Assembly (NCBI GenBank): GCA_963837215.1
Contig: CAWIML010000006.1
Span: 2,271-66,270, forward strand
Reading direction: 5' to 3'
DNA: 64,000 nt
Source: an uncultured Chloroflexia bacterium
GTDB lineage: Bacteria; Chloroflexota; Limnocylindria; Limnocylindrales; CSP1-4
Part shown: one piece after another, positions 51,517 to 61,589 of the stretch
How the letters are laid out: the number at the start of each line of letters is the position of its first letter
Position numbering within the stretch: position 1 is the first letter of the stretch
Made by a program: the position numbers and the translations under genes
The notes under the pieces: model-generated
Database searches by the model: none
The model's input: the letters and a program-made list of their open reading frames with translations, nothing else
What the model was told of the DNA's origin: nothing

Positions 51517-53330
51517 GCAGCTGGCGGCCGGGCTCCGTCTCCGACCCACCGCTGTCGCCGTCCCGAGGCTGAGCGAAGGGGCGGCCGTCGCCTCGATCGC
51601 CTTCGTCGTCTACCTCGTGGTTGCGGCGATCCTCGCCATCGGGCTGAACTTCGTCGTCGGCGACGCCTGGAGCCGGATAACCAACGCCTACTACGTCCTC
51701 TTCAGTCGCGACCCGCACCTGGCAGCCATCGGATTCGTCTGGAATCCGCTGCCGTCGATCATGGCGCTCCCGTTCCTGCCGCTGAAGGCCATCTTCCCGC
51801 CGCTGACCGAAATCGGTTTCATCTCGAGATATCTATTCGGCGCTCTTCATGGCCGGCGCCGTGTACTTGACGTGGCGGATCCTCTTCGAGATGGGGGTCA
51901 TTCGCTGGATCGCGGCTGCTCATCGTCGCGGCCTTCGCCGTCCATCCGATGATCGTCCAGTACGCAGGCGAACGGGATGACGGAAGCGCTCTTCATCTTC
52001 CTCATCCTCGGCGAGGCGTTGTACTTGATCCGCTGGCAGCGCAACGGTGACCTCGTCCCGCTCGTCTTCGCGGGCATCTTCCTCGGCGTCGCCTACCTGG
52101 TGCGCTATGAGGCGGTCGCCATCGGCATGACAACGGGCCTGCTTGTCGTGACCGTAGGCTTCCTCATGGCCGAGGGCGGTTGGCGGTTCCGGGTCAAGGC
52201 TTCCATCGCCGACGGCATCGTCTTCGGCGCGCCGCTCGCGCTTGCCTTCATCCTCTGGGCCGGCGTGAGTTGGCTCATCGTCGGCAGCGCGTTCGAGCAG
52301 TTCGGGTCGGTCTACGGCACGACATCGCAGCTCGCTGCCGACTACGAGAACATCATCGCGCGCGCCTCGGATGGTGAGGCCAGCATCCCCTATATCACCG
52401 GCCACCTGCTCATCCTTGAGCCAGGTTTCATGCTCATCGGCGTCGCGGCGGCGCTGCTCGCCCTCTGGCGGCGCGACGTTCGGATCCTGCCGATCCTCGG
52501 CGTCTTCGGGGCGGTGCTGGCCTTCGCAGTGGCGGCCTACATGAGCGGACAAGACCGGCGGCTGGGTCCGCTACTACATCACCATCATCCCGCTGGTCAC
52601 GCTCCTGGTGGCGTCGATCTTCGCTCGCTCCGATCCCGCGCCGGACTGGCTGGCCGCGACGGTCGAGCGACTCCGGCATCCTCGGAGTCTGCTCTTGGCG
52701 TTGACCGGGCACATCTACCCAAGGGCCTCGGCTCGCCAGCTGACGGCCGGGTCGGGCGCCGCAGACACCTCCGTCCAGACTCCTCGCCGCGTCGTGTGGC
52801 CCAAGCGTTGGCATCGGGCGACCGCCTTCCGCGGTCGGCTCCGGACCGACCGGATCAGGTCGGACCTCGCGATCGTCGCCATCGGCCTCCTCCTCCTGCC
52901 CTTGATCACGACGCCGATCGCGATGGTTTCCCCGCGCTTCAACTATCCGCTCGAGTTCCTGACGGACGCCGGACGTGTCCAGGCCTCCGCAGCGATAGGC
53001 GAGACCCTCGACGCGATGGATCTGCCGGAAGGGAGCGTCCTGCTCGACGTCTTCCTGGGCTTCGGCATCGTCGTCAACTCAGACAACCCGCGCCAGTTCG
53101 TCATCACGCCCGACCGCGACTTCAAGGCGATCCTCGCCGACCCGGCGGCCTACGGGGTCAAGTACCTCGTCGTTCCGCCCACCGACAAGGAGTTGGGCCA
53201 GCTGGACGCTCTGAACCGCGAGTACCCCACGCTATACAGCGACGGCGCTGGCTTCGCGACGCTGGTCCGCGAGTTCAACACCTTCTTGCCCTACTACACC
53301 TACTGGCGGCTCTATCGAGTGAACGAGTAG
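51503..53330 (+). CDS. Polytopic membrane protein, GT-C (ArnT/PMT-like) glycosyltransferase candidate with extracytoplasmic C-terminal domain (about three frame changes)
   Basis: Pieced from track ORFs 51503..51952 (GDAWSRITNAYYVLFSRDPHLAAIGFVWNPLPS), 51977..53428 (multi-TM) and 52608..53330 (soluble tail ..YLVVPPTDKELGQLDALNREYP..). The function call rests on architecture and weak resemblance only. Confidence 0.55.
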
Positions 53331-53376
53331 GCCACCGCACGCGGCCTCGTGGTCGGAAGGCCCGATGGTGGGCGGC

Positions 53377-55284
53377 TCAGTATCTCCCCAGCATCGACCA
53401 GATCGGATCGCCGGCATTGATGCCGTAGCTCGATGACGGATCCGGATGAAGGCTGTCGTGGAAGTTCCAGACAAGGGCCGCGTCGGCGCCGCGCTGGAAC
53501 TGGGCGCTGATCTTGGCATCGAACATGTCGGCTCGGGCCTGGTAGCCGCCGACGGCGTCGGGCACGCGACCGAGCTCACCCATGAGGATCGGCTTGTTGG
53601 CGGCGTTGGCCGTGTCGATCCGTTGGGCGAGGACGGCCGGCAGTGCGACTGACCCCTCGTAGTCGTGGTACTCGAAGACGTCCATGTTGGCGTGCATGGG
53701 GCCGTACTCGTTCATGCCGCATTGCGAGCCTGCCAGGGTGCCAAGGCTGATGAGGTGGTTGGTGTCGATGGCCCGGATGACGCCGGCCATGTCGTTGGCG
53801 AAGTCGCGCAGGATGAGGCCGCTGGCGCAGGAACCCGTCGAAAGGTCCTTGGCCTCGGCCTCGTTCATGAGTTGCCAGAAGGCGATGATGGGCTCGTTCT
53901 TGTAGCGGGTGACCGCCTCGGCCACGAAGGCGCGGTAGGAGACGATCTCGGTGTTCTGGTTCTTGTAGCCGGTCACGTACCAGGAGTCGTCCTTGATGCC
54001 CCCGGCCTCACAGGACCCCCAGTGGTCGCCGAACGTGAACATGAGCCGCTTGCCGTACTGCTTCGCCGTGGCCACGATGCGGTCGAAGGCGGTCCAGTTG
54101 CGGACGCCGTTGCGGGTCGCGTACCTCTGGTGCGCCCAGAAGCGCACGAGGTCCACGCTCGGCCCCATCTCGCGGAACTGGCGGTCGATGTCCTCGTTAG
54201 CCGGATAGGAGCACGCGATCCCGCTGACCGAGGCGAGGTTGTACAGGTTGGTGCCAACCGGCTTCCACGTCTGGCCGTTAAGCCGCAGGCTGGTACCGCT
54301 CGCGATCACGAAACCGCCCGGGTTGGGCGTCGGGACCGGAGTCGGGGCCACCGTCGGGGTGGGGGTTGGCGTCGGTGGCGCGGCTGTGGGCGTCGGGGTC
54401 GGCACCGGTGTCGGTGTCGCCGTTGGGACAACGGTCGGCGTCGCGGTCGGGGTGGGGCTTGGCGTGGGAGCGACCGTCGGTGCCACCGTGGGTGCGGCAG
54501 TGGGCGCACTCGTGGGGGCGGTGGTCGGAGCCACCGTGGGCGCGCTGGTCGGCGCGGTGGTCGGCGCTGCTGTCGGGGCTATACCCGTCGGAGCAGCGGT
54601 AGGCGCCGCGGTGGGGGCGGCCGTAGGTGCAACAGTGGGCGCCGTGGTGGGTTCGGGAGTCGGCTCGGCGGTGGGCTTCGGCGTCGGCTCAGGCGTAGGA
54701 TCGGGGGGCGGCTGTGGCGTGGGGTCGGCTGCCGGGACGACCGCGAACGACGTCGCGGCCAGGGGTTCGCCGACGATGATCTCCCCGTCGGACTTCGACT
54801 TGCCGGCGGACTTCGGCTTGCCTCCGCCTTTAGCTTTGGTCCCCGCCGCGGCATTGGGGTCGCCTCCCTGGGCGGCGGTGTCTGCGCTCGGCTCGGCGAC
54901 GATGGGCTCGGCCGCGGCGACCTGGTACTCGCCGACCTTGACCTTTGGCACTTTGAACTTGACCTTGAAACTGCCCTTGCCCGTGACGGTGACATCTGGC
55001 ATGTCCACCGTCTGGCCGTCGAAGATCAGCTGCAGACGGATCCGCGTCGCAAAGCCCTTTCCGGTGGCGGTCACGGTCTGACCGGGCCGGCCATCCGAAG
55101 GGTTGAGCGTAAGTTCTGGGGCGGTGGCCGATGTCGAGGTGAAAGGCAATGCCGCAGCAACCAGGACGATGACCATCCCAAGGGTGGCGATCCAGTCTCT
55201 GGCCGGGGTCGGCGGAGGCGGTGGCGGGGCGATCTCGGAGGGATCGTTGGTCCAGCGCGTGCCGTCCCAGAACTGCGTCGGCAT
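53377..55284 (-). CDS. Membrane-anchored GH5-family glycoside hydrolase with Ig-like domain and long Pro/Thr/Ala linker
   Basis: The internal ATG at 55282-55284 of track ORF 53377..55428 follows GGGAGGAA (MPTQFWDG..). A TM follows (WIATLGMVIVLVAAALPF). The catalytic domain has the acid/base motif FWQLMNEAE and the nucleophile motif ILMGELG. Confidence 0.85.
   Translation of the reverse strand: MPTQFWDGTRWTNDPSEIAPPPPPPTPARDWIATLGMVIVLVAAALPFTSTSATAPELTLNPSDGRPGQTVTATGKGFATRIRLQLIFDGQTVDMPDVTVTGKGSFKVKFKVPKVKVGEYQVAAAEPIVAEPSADTAAQGGDPNAAAGTKAKGGGKPKSAGKSKSDGEIIVGEPLAATSFAVVPAADPTPQPPPDPTPEPTPKPTAEPTPEPTTAPTVAPTAAPTAAPTAAPTGIAPTAAPTTAPTSAPTVAPTTAPTSAPTAAPTVAPTVAPTPSPTPTATPTVVPTATPTPVPTPTPTAAPPTPTPTPTVAPTPVPTPNPGGFVIASGTSLRLNGQTWKPVGTNLYNLASVSGIACSYPANEDIDRQFREMGPSVDLVRFWAHQRYATRNGVRNWTAFDRIVATAKQYGKRLMFTFGDHWGSCEAGGIKDDSWYVTGYKNQNTEIVSYRAFVAEAVTRYKNEPIIAFWQLMNEAEAKDLSTGSCASGLILRDFANDMAGVIRAIDTNHLISLGTLAGSQCGMNEYGPMHANMDVFEYHDYEGSVALPAVLAQRIDTANAANKPILMGELGRVPDAVGGYQARADMFDAKISAQFQRGADAALVWNFHDSLHPDPSSSYGINAGDPIWSMLGRY
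54319..54726 (-). repeat. Low-complexity (A/T/V/S)-P-T repeat linker coding region
   Basis: About 135 codons of APT/TPT/VPT-type repeats (..TAPTVAPTAAPTAAPTAAPT..PTPTPTVAPTPVPTP) lie inside the GH5 gene. Confidence 0.9.
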
Positions 55285-55787
55285 GGCGTTCCTCCCTAGG
55301 TAGCCCGGCTGACTCGGAGAGCCCCGTGGCTTTGCGGCCCCGCCTCGCGACGGGTGTGCTCGTTCTTGGAGGCCGGCGGAGCGAGCCCTCCCAGGCCCCA
55401 CTCGGGTGCCGCCCAAAGTCCGGCGCATGACCGGTCAACCGAGACCCTGGCCGCCGTGGCGCGTTTGAGCAATGGCGAATCCGTCCCCTTGACCGTCGCC
55501 TCGGCGCACCGGCCATCGACGACCGGGGGTGCATGGCGGAGCGGTCTGTGGGGTTCGTGGGGGGTGCGGGTCGGGTACGGTCGTCCGGGGTGGGAGTCCC
55601 GGATGGCAGTCCCCGGATCGGGTGCTCGCGAGCATGGGTGCTAGCATTCGGCCGGTTGACACCGACGCTGCCGGGAGGCGCTGTGGACGAACGTGGGCCG
55701 CTGCATGCCTGGCGAGACGGGGTAGCTCGTTTCGCAGATGGCCTGCCCCTGCCCGGCCGGTCCCGTGCCCGTCGCATCGATCCCGCC

Positions 55788-57128
55788 ATGGCCGTCTCCA
55801 GCACCTGTAACCACGAATGGCTGCCGTCGCCGATCGGGCCTGCCGAGTACTGCGGACGTTGTGGAGCGATGCGACGCCGTCAGGCCGACGGCGAGATGGT
55901 CGCTGCAAAGCCGACCCAGGCTGCGGTGGTCGCAGGCGCGACCGGACCGGCCATCGCGGCACGGAAGATGGGACCCATCGCGGCACGGAAGGTCGGACCT
56001 CCCTCGTGGCCAGACGGGGAGGCGATACCCGCTGCCATCGTCGGATCGATGGCGGCGTCGGACGGCGCCGCCGAAGGCGCGAACGGCGCAGCAGCGGGCG
56101 ACGGGCTCGCCGAGGTGCCCGGCGCCGCGCCCCGGCCAGTCAGCCCGCGGATCACGCGACCCGCGCCCTTCGCCACCCCGATCGTCGTCGCCGCGGCCGG
56201 AACGTCGACCGCGCCTGTCGAGCACCAGCGCTCGTTCATCCGCACGGCCACGCTGGCAGCCGTGCTGCTCAGCTTCGGCGCCCTGATCGGGTTCGTGGGC
56301 GCCGACCTGTCACGCGATGCCCGTGAAGGCCGCGGCATCATCGCCGCTGCCCCGACGGCGACAGCCGAGGGGCGCACCGCCGTGCCATCGGTTCGGCCAT
56401 CGACTGGCCCGGAGATCACGCCTGCCCCGAGCGCCAGCGGTGCACCCGCGACAACGCCACCGCCCGTGATCGGCCCGGCTCTGGCGCCGCCCGTCACGAC
56501 CCTCGGCGGGCGGCTGACGGCCAGTGGCATCGAGCTCGACCTCGCCTGGCAACCTCCGGCCGACGGCGCCAAGGTCTCCAGGTACGACCTGCAAGCCGCC
56601 CGTGACGGCGGGGCGTATCGACCGGTCCGCCTTGCCAGCAAGACCTCGCGTGGCGCCACCGTGGCGGGGGTCGCGGACCAGGCATACAGCTTCCGTGTGC
56701 GCGCCCGCGCGGCCGACGGGACGCCGGGCGCCTTCGCTGAGTCGGCCGTCCGACTCTCCCGCGCTGAGGAGTCCGGCTCGGCGGTCAGGGCCTCGAAGGG
56801 CTGGAAGGTGGCCAAGCACCCTGACTACACCGGAGCGGGAGCCCGATATGCCACGAGTGCCGGCGCCGAGCTCTCACTGGCGTTCGATGGCACCGGGGTC
56901 GCCATCGTCGGGCCGAAGGGCCCGGGCCGGGGGAGAGCCGACGTCTTCGTCGATGGCGAGCGCGTCGGTCGCTTCGACGCCGAGGCGAATACCTTCCGGC
57001 CTGTCCAGCTGCTCCTGGCGGTCGATTCGCTGTCACCCGGATCCCACGTCCTCACGATCCGAGTCGCCGGCACGTCCGGCAGGCCGATGGTCGCCATCGA
57101 CCGATTCCTGGTGCTCAGCCAGCCCTGA
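55788..57128 (+). CDS. Membrane-anchored protein: cytoplasmic Cys-rich Zn-ribbon-like N-terminus, TM, FN3-like and beta-sandwich ectodomains
   Basis: The internal ATG at 55788 of track ORF 55533..57128 begins MAVSSTCNHEW..YCGRCGAM. The TM is TATLAAVLLSFGALIGFVGA. LDLAWQPPADGAKVSRYDLQA..YSFRVRA is FN3-like. Confidence 0.6.
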   Translation: MAVSSTCNHEWLPSPIGPAEYCGRCGAMRRRQADGEMVAAKPTQAAVVAGATGPAIAARKMGPIAARKVGPPSWPDGEAIPAAIVGSMAASDGAAEGANGAAAGDGLAEVPGAAPRPVSPRITRPAPFATPIVVAAAGTSTAPVEHQRSFIRTATLAAVLLSFGALIGFVGADLSRDAREGRGIIAAAPTATAEGRTAVPSVRPSTGPEITPAPSASGAPATTPPPVIGPALAPPVTTLGGRLTASGIELDLAWQPPADGAKVSRYDLQAARDGGAYRPVRLASKTSRGATVAGVADQAYSFRVRARAADGTPGAFAESAVRLSRAEESGSAVRASKGWKVAKHPDYTGAGARYATSAGAELSLAFDGTGVAIVGPKGPGRGRADVFVDGERVGRFDAEANTFRPVQLLLAVDSLSPGSHVLTIRVAGTSGRPMVAIDRFLVLSQP

Positions 57129-57792
57129 CCGGAGCCTCGCGCCGCATCCGGATCCGCCTGCTGGTGTCTGCCCGCGCGTCCGCATCGGCATGCGCAGCCG
57201 AGTCGATGACCTCGAAGCCGAGCCGCGCATACCACGGGATCGTCGCCCGATGGCTGGTGCGCAGATAGCAGGCCTGGCCGTTCGCATCGGCGGCCTCCAG
57301 CCCAACTTGTACGAGGGCGGTTCCGATGCCCCTCGATCGATCGCCCGTGTCGACAGCAACGGCCTGTAGGTACCAGGCGTCCGCTGGTGCCCACCGGCGC
57401 CCGTCCCTGAGGATCGACGGCACGGCCAGGACGGCGGTTACTGGATCGATCGTGAGGAGTCGAAACCCGGCCGGGACGAAGGTTCTCAGGAGCCGGCGGA
57501 GCGAGGGAGGGTGCCGACCAGGCGGATACCAGACGACGACGCCGAGCAGGCGGTCGTCCGACCATGTGGCATCGACCTGACCATGCTGCACGGCGTCGCG
57601 CAGGGCGGCCTCGGCGAGGGTTCCTAGAACCCGTCGCCGGCGACGCGCATCGCGGAATCTCATCGCCGTCGGGTCGTCGTCGAATGCGATGGCCATGAGG
57701 CCAGCCGCGGTGCCGATCTCCGCCTGTGCGAGTCGGCGAACGCTGATATCAGCTGCCGTCGATGCCGGGTCGGTTTTCGTCTCGATCGACAC
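57115..57792 (-). CDS. GNAT-family N-acetyltransferase
   Basis: Intact 225 aa ORF with LQAVAVDTGDRSRGIGTALV and ..WYARLGFEVI. Confidence 0.85.
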   Translation of the reverse strand: MSIETKTDPASTAADISVRRLAQAEIGTAAGLMAIAFDDDPTAMRFRDARRRRRVLGTLAEAALRDAVQHGQVDATWSDDRLLGVVVWYPPGRHPPSLRRLLRTFVPAGFRLLTIDPVTAVLAVPSILRDGRRWAPADAWYLQAVAVDTGDRSRGIGTALVQVGLEAADANGQACYLRTSHRATIPWYARLGFEVIDSAAHADADARADTSRRIRMRREAPVRAG

Positions 57793-57806
57793 CGGCGAGC
57801 GAGCGC

Positions 57807-59073
57807 TCAGTATCTCGAGAGGAGCTTGAGGGCCGGATCTCGGGGGCCGATGTCGAAGTCGCGCCGGGCCGACCCGCCATGTGATCCGTTCCGCCAGCCC
57901 CAGAGAAGGATGCCGGATACCCCGGCCTCGAACTGTGCCGCGAACTTACGACCGAGCCACGTAGCTCTCCGGCCGATGCTGCCACCGGGTGGGGGGAAGC
58001 CGACTTCGCCGATGAAGATGGGCTTGCCGAGGCTCGTGCATTCATGGATCCGGCGAGCGATCCCGTAGCCGCCGATCCCTCGGCAGGCCCACCGACGGTG
58101 CGCTGTAATCGTGGACCTCGCAGACATCGATGCCGGGAACCGCGTGGATGGCCCGGTAGCCGCTCCCGCGCATACCACATTGTTGACCGCCGATCGTTCC
58201 CAGCGAGACCAGGTGGTGCCTATCGATCTGCTTGATCAGCGACGACATGTCGGCCGCGAAGTCGCGCAGGACCGACGCGGGCGCGCACGTTCCGTTTCGG
58301 CGCGCCGTTTCCGCCTCGTTGACCAACTGCCACATCAGGACTGTCGGGTCGTCCCGATAGCGCTTGACGACCTCGGCGACATAGCGGCGATAGGTGCGAG
58401 TCGTGCCGGGGTCAACCTGCTTGCGATAGCCAGACGCGTAGAAGGATGCCCACCGGCGGGATGGACGTTCGCATGCGCTCCATTGGTCCGCGAAGACGAC
58501 GATGACCTTCTGGCCTCGCGCCTTGGCCAGCCTCAGGGTGCGGTCGAAGGCTCGCCAGTCACGCTTCCCGCGGTCGGTGGCGAGCGACTGGAAGAACCAC
58601 GCTCGAAAGACCTCCTGCCCGCCCCCGATGTCACGGAGTGCCCGCTTGAGGCCCTGACCGCCCGCCATCGAGTGCCAGCAGTCACCCGTGCTGTTGGCGT
58701 TGTAGATATTCATGCCCGTGAACGTGAACGGCTGCCCGTCGAGAACGAGCCCTATCCCGCGACGCGCAACGAAACCCGTTGGCACGCGCTGCCACGGCAG
58801 CGGACGGCTGATGGGTCGCCTGGGCTGTGGACGATAGGGCGTCAACGACGTGACACTCGTGACGTTTGCTGGCTCGGCAGCAGCGCGGAACGACGCGGAG
58901 GCCTCCGCCGTGCCTTTGGTCGGCGCAGCGACCGGCGCGGGGTGGTCGATCGACTCGGGAGCCAGCTTGCCCGCGAGGCCCGTCGCTGATACCGCGAGCG
59001 CCAGACCTATGGCCCCTGCGATCCCGGCGAGGAGCACCAGACGCAGAGTCGATCGATGGGCCCAGTGCATCAC
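57807..59073 (-). CDS. Secreted GH5-family glycoside hydrolase, paralog of 53377..55284 (one frame change near ~58085)
   Basis: Track ORF 58042..59073 has a signal/anchor LRLVLLAGIAGAIGLALAV and MWQLVNEAE. Track ORF 57807..58178 (KPIFIGEVG.., LLWGWRNG) supplies the C-terminus. Confidence 0.8.
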
Positions 59074-59194
59074 GAGATGATAGCCCGCGCGCGCTCAAAG
59101 GCCCCCAGCGCGACCCATTCAGCGTCGTCAGGATGTGGTGCGCTTTGACACCGCGGCAAGGTTGACGCCATCGGATCGCGCGTATCCTGCGCCC

Positions 59195-59888
59195 ATGACC
59201 GAATCCGCCGCGCCAGCGCCGCCCGAGCCGGAGCGCCAACCCGACGCCGATCACCATGGCCTGATCGTCTTCCTCGGCGTCCTGGCCTTCATCCTCCTCT
59301 TCGTCGGCGCCGTGGCGGCGGCCGGCCTGGCGGGTGGCCTGGGCTCGCGCGGCGATGGCGCGGCCGATGGGCCTGGTCAGGGAAACGCGTATGGGCAGCA
59401 GAAGCGCGCCGAGATGCAGCAGCAGCGCGCTGAGCGCCAGGCCGAGAAGCGCGAGCAGCAGCGCCAGCGCAAGGAGAAGCAGCGCGAGCTCAAGGAGCAA
59501 CGTCAGCAGTCAGGTGCCCTCGAGCCGCAGGTGGCGGAGACCGCTCTCCGAGCAGACTGGCACCATCGCCGTCCGCACCTCGGCGGACGGCTCCACAGCG
59601 TACGTGCTCGAGACAGCGACCGGCGTGCTCGTCCTCGATGTCGGACCGCCGCGCTACTGGGGTGACAACCACCCACTGCCGCCGTTGGTCGGAACAACGG
59701 TCACGGTCATGGGCGTGCAGGAGACAGGATCGGACAGGTTCGCCGTCTTCGTGCTCGGTGACCAGGTCATCCGGGGCCCCGGGCGGCCCCCGTGGGCCGG
59801 CGGCTTGAACGCGGACGGCCAGAAGGCGCCGACGAACAACCCGACCCCGGCCGCGAGCCCCTCGATAGGCCCAAGCCCGAGCCCCTAG
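59195..59888 (+). CDS. Hypothetical membrane protein with charged coiled segment and beta-rich C-terminal domain (one frame change near ~59530)
   Basis: The ATG at 59195 begins MTESAAPAPP. The TM is LIVFLGVLAFILLFVGAVAAAGLAG. A QQKRAEMQQQRAERQAEKREQQRQRKEKQRELKEQRQQ segment follows. The sequence continues in track ORF 59334..59888 (GTIAVRTSADGSTAYVLETATGVLVLDVGPPRYWG..). Confidence 0.5.
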
Positions 59889-59940
59889 CGCTTCGCCGCG
59901 CGGCCGGCCAGGCTCACCGTCGCCGCGGCAGGGGTGGTTC

Positions 59941-60681
59941 TCAGCTCGTCGCCACCCCAGGCGCCGGCGCCACCACCTCGACCGAGCCGAGCCCGCGTGC
60001 AGCCAGCTCGAGGCGCAGCTGGTCGGGCGTCCCGGTCAGGATCGGGAAGGTGCCATAGTGGATGGGCACGACCGTCTGGACGCCGAGCAACTCGACCGCG
60101 GCCGCTGCCCCTCGTGGCCCCATCGTGAAGTGATCGCCGATGGGCAGGAAGGCGATGTCGGGCCGGTGCAATTCGGCGATCAGGCGCATGTCGCCGAAGA
60201 CGTCGGTATCGCCGGCGAGGTAGACGCGTCGACCGTTCTCCAACTCGAGCACGAAGCCGACGGGCTCGCCGACGTAGCCCGGGCTGCTGGCCGCAGGGTC
60301 GCCGAGGACATCACCGGCCGAATGGTCGGCATGGACCATGGTCACGCCGAGTCCACCGGCATCGAACGTGCCGCCCTTGTTCATGCCCGTCACCTGGTCC
60401 ATGCCCCCGGGTAGCCGACGGCCAGCCCACAGGCTGAGCTCATGGATGCACGGCCAGGCCGGTCGCAACCGGCTGGCGATGCCCAGCACGTCGCCGACGT
60501 CGAGGTGGTCGAAGTGCCCATGAGAGACGAGGAGCACGTCGCAGCGGTCGACCTCGTCGGCTCGCTTCGGAGATGTCGGGTTGCTGAACCACGGGTCGTA
60601 CACGATGCGGCGTCCGCCCTCGGTCTCGATCTCGAGGCATGAGTGGCCGTACCAGGTGAAGGTGAAGCCGAGATCGCCCAT
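59941..60681 (-). CDS. Metallo-beta-lactamase-fold metal-dependent hydrolase (UPF0173-like)
   Basis: The ATG at 60679-60681 lies 7 nt after GGAGG. Motifs: FTWYGHSCLEIE, LLVSHGHFDH, PIHYGTFP. The track ORF extends to 60723. Confidence 0.85.
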   Translation of the reverse strand: MGDLGFTFTWYGHSCLEIETEGGRRIVYDPWFSNPTSPKRADEVDRCDVLLVSHGHFDHLDVGDVLGIASRLRPAWPCIHELSLWAGRRLPGGMDQVTGMNKGGTFDAGGLGVTMVHADHSAGDVLGDPAASSPGYVGEPVGFVLELENGRRVYLAGDTDVFGDMRLIAELHRPDIAFLPIGDHFTMGPRGAAAAVELLGVQTVVPIHYGTFPILTGTPDQLRLELAARGLGSVEVVAPAPGVATS

Positions 60682-60695
60682 CGTCATGCCTCCGT

Positions 60696-61586
60696 GTGTA
60701 TCGGCAAGCCTCCGACGGCCCAAGCCTAGCGCGCAAGCCCGTTCGCTACACTCCCTCGGTGCCCGACCGATCCGTGTTGGAGAGCCTTGCGTATGTCAAC
60801 TGGACGCTCCTCTTCAGCCTCGCTATGGGCTCCATCGCGATGGTCGTCGCGCTGCGCCGCTGGACCGAGGCGACGACGGGCTACCTCGGCTTCACGTCCG
60901 GCGTAGCGGCGATCCTGGCCGCCTTGACCACCCTGCTGGACGGCAGCTTGCCGGTCCCCCTCAACCTCTCGGTGGCGACGCCGAGCCCGGAGCTCGATCA
61001 GGCCAGGCGCATCGGCCTGATCGTGTTCACGGTCCTCATCGCGCTCGAGGCTGTCGCCATCCGACGCGGTCACGGACATCGGCTCGGCCTGGTGGCCGTC
61101 GCTGCCGGCCTGGCCACGATCGGGTTCGCCGCACTCGGCTGGGGCAGCGACGAGGTGCTCGCACCCGTCATCGGCGCCCAGCTGCTCCTCCTGTCTGCCG
61201 TCACAGGCGGTGTCCTGGCGGCCATGATCCTTGGCCACTGGTTCCTCGTGACGCCCAAGCTCCTCGAGGCCCCGCTCATCCTCGCCGTGCGACTCCTGCT
61301 GGCCGCCCTCATCGTCCAGCTCGTCGCCTTCGTCGTCTCGGTCGCCGTCGGCCTCGGTGCCGAGGCACCGTTCGCGGCGCTGACGGGGCCGCACATGCTC
61401 CTCGTCTGGCTGCTGCTCGGGGTCGGCCTCGTCTTCCCGGTCGTGCTCACGACGATGGCCCTGCGGACGGCGCGAAGCCGCTCCATGGAGTCGGCGACGG
61501 GGCTCCTGTACATCGACACGGCGGCCATCCTCGCGGGCACCATCGTCACCGCCGCTCTCCTCTTCGGGGCCGGCGTGGTGGTCTAG
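60696..61586 (+). CDS. Hypothetical polytopic membrane protein (start uncertain)
   Basis: 296 aa ORF with about 8 hydrophobic segments. In-frame GTGs at 60759 and 60774 are alternative starts. I recognise no family. Confidence 0.55.
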   Translation: MYRQASDGPSLARKPVRYTPSVPDRSVLESLAYVNWTLLFSLAMGSIAMVVALRRWTEATTGYLGFTSGVAAILAALTTLLDGSLPVPLNLSVATPSPELDQARRIGLIVFTVLIALEAVAIRRGHGHRLGLVAVAAGLATIGFAALGWGSDEVLAPVIGAQLLLLSAVTGGVLAAMILGHWFLVTPKLLEAPLILAVRLLLAALIVQLVAFVVSVAVGLGAEAPFAALTGPHMLLVWLLLGVGLVFPVVLTTMALRTARSRSMESATGLLYIDTAAILAGTIVTAALLFGAGVVV

Positions 61587-61589
61587 GCG

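Noticed and set aside
59162-59197. Sigma-70-like promoter TTGACG-15 nt-TATCCT giving a leaderless transcript for the 59195 gene
   Set aside because: The 15-nt spacer is shorter than optimal, and similar hexamers are easy to find by chance. There is no independent support.
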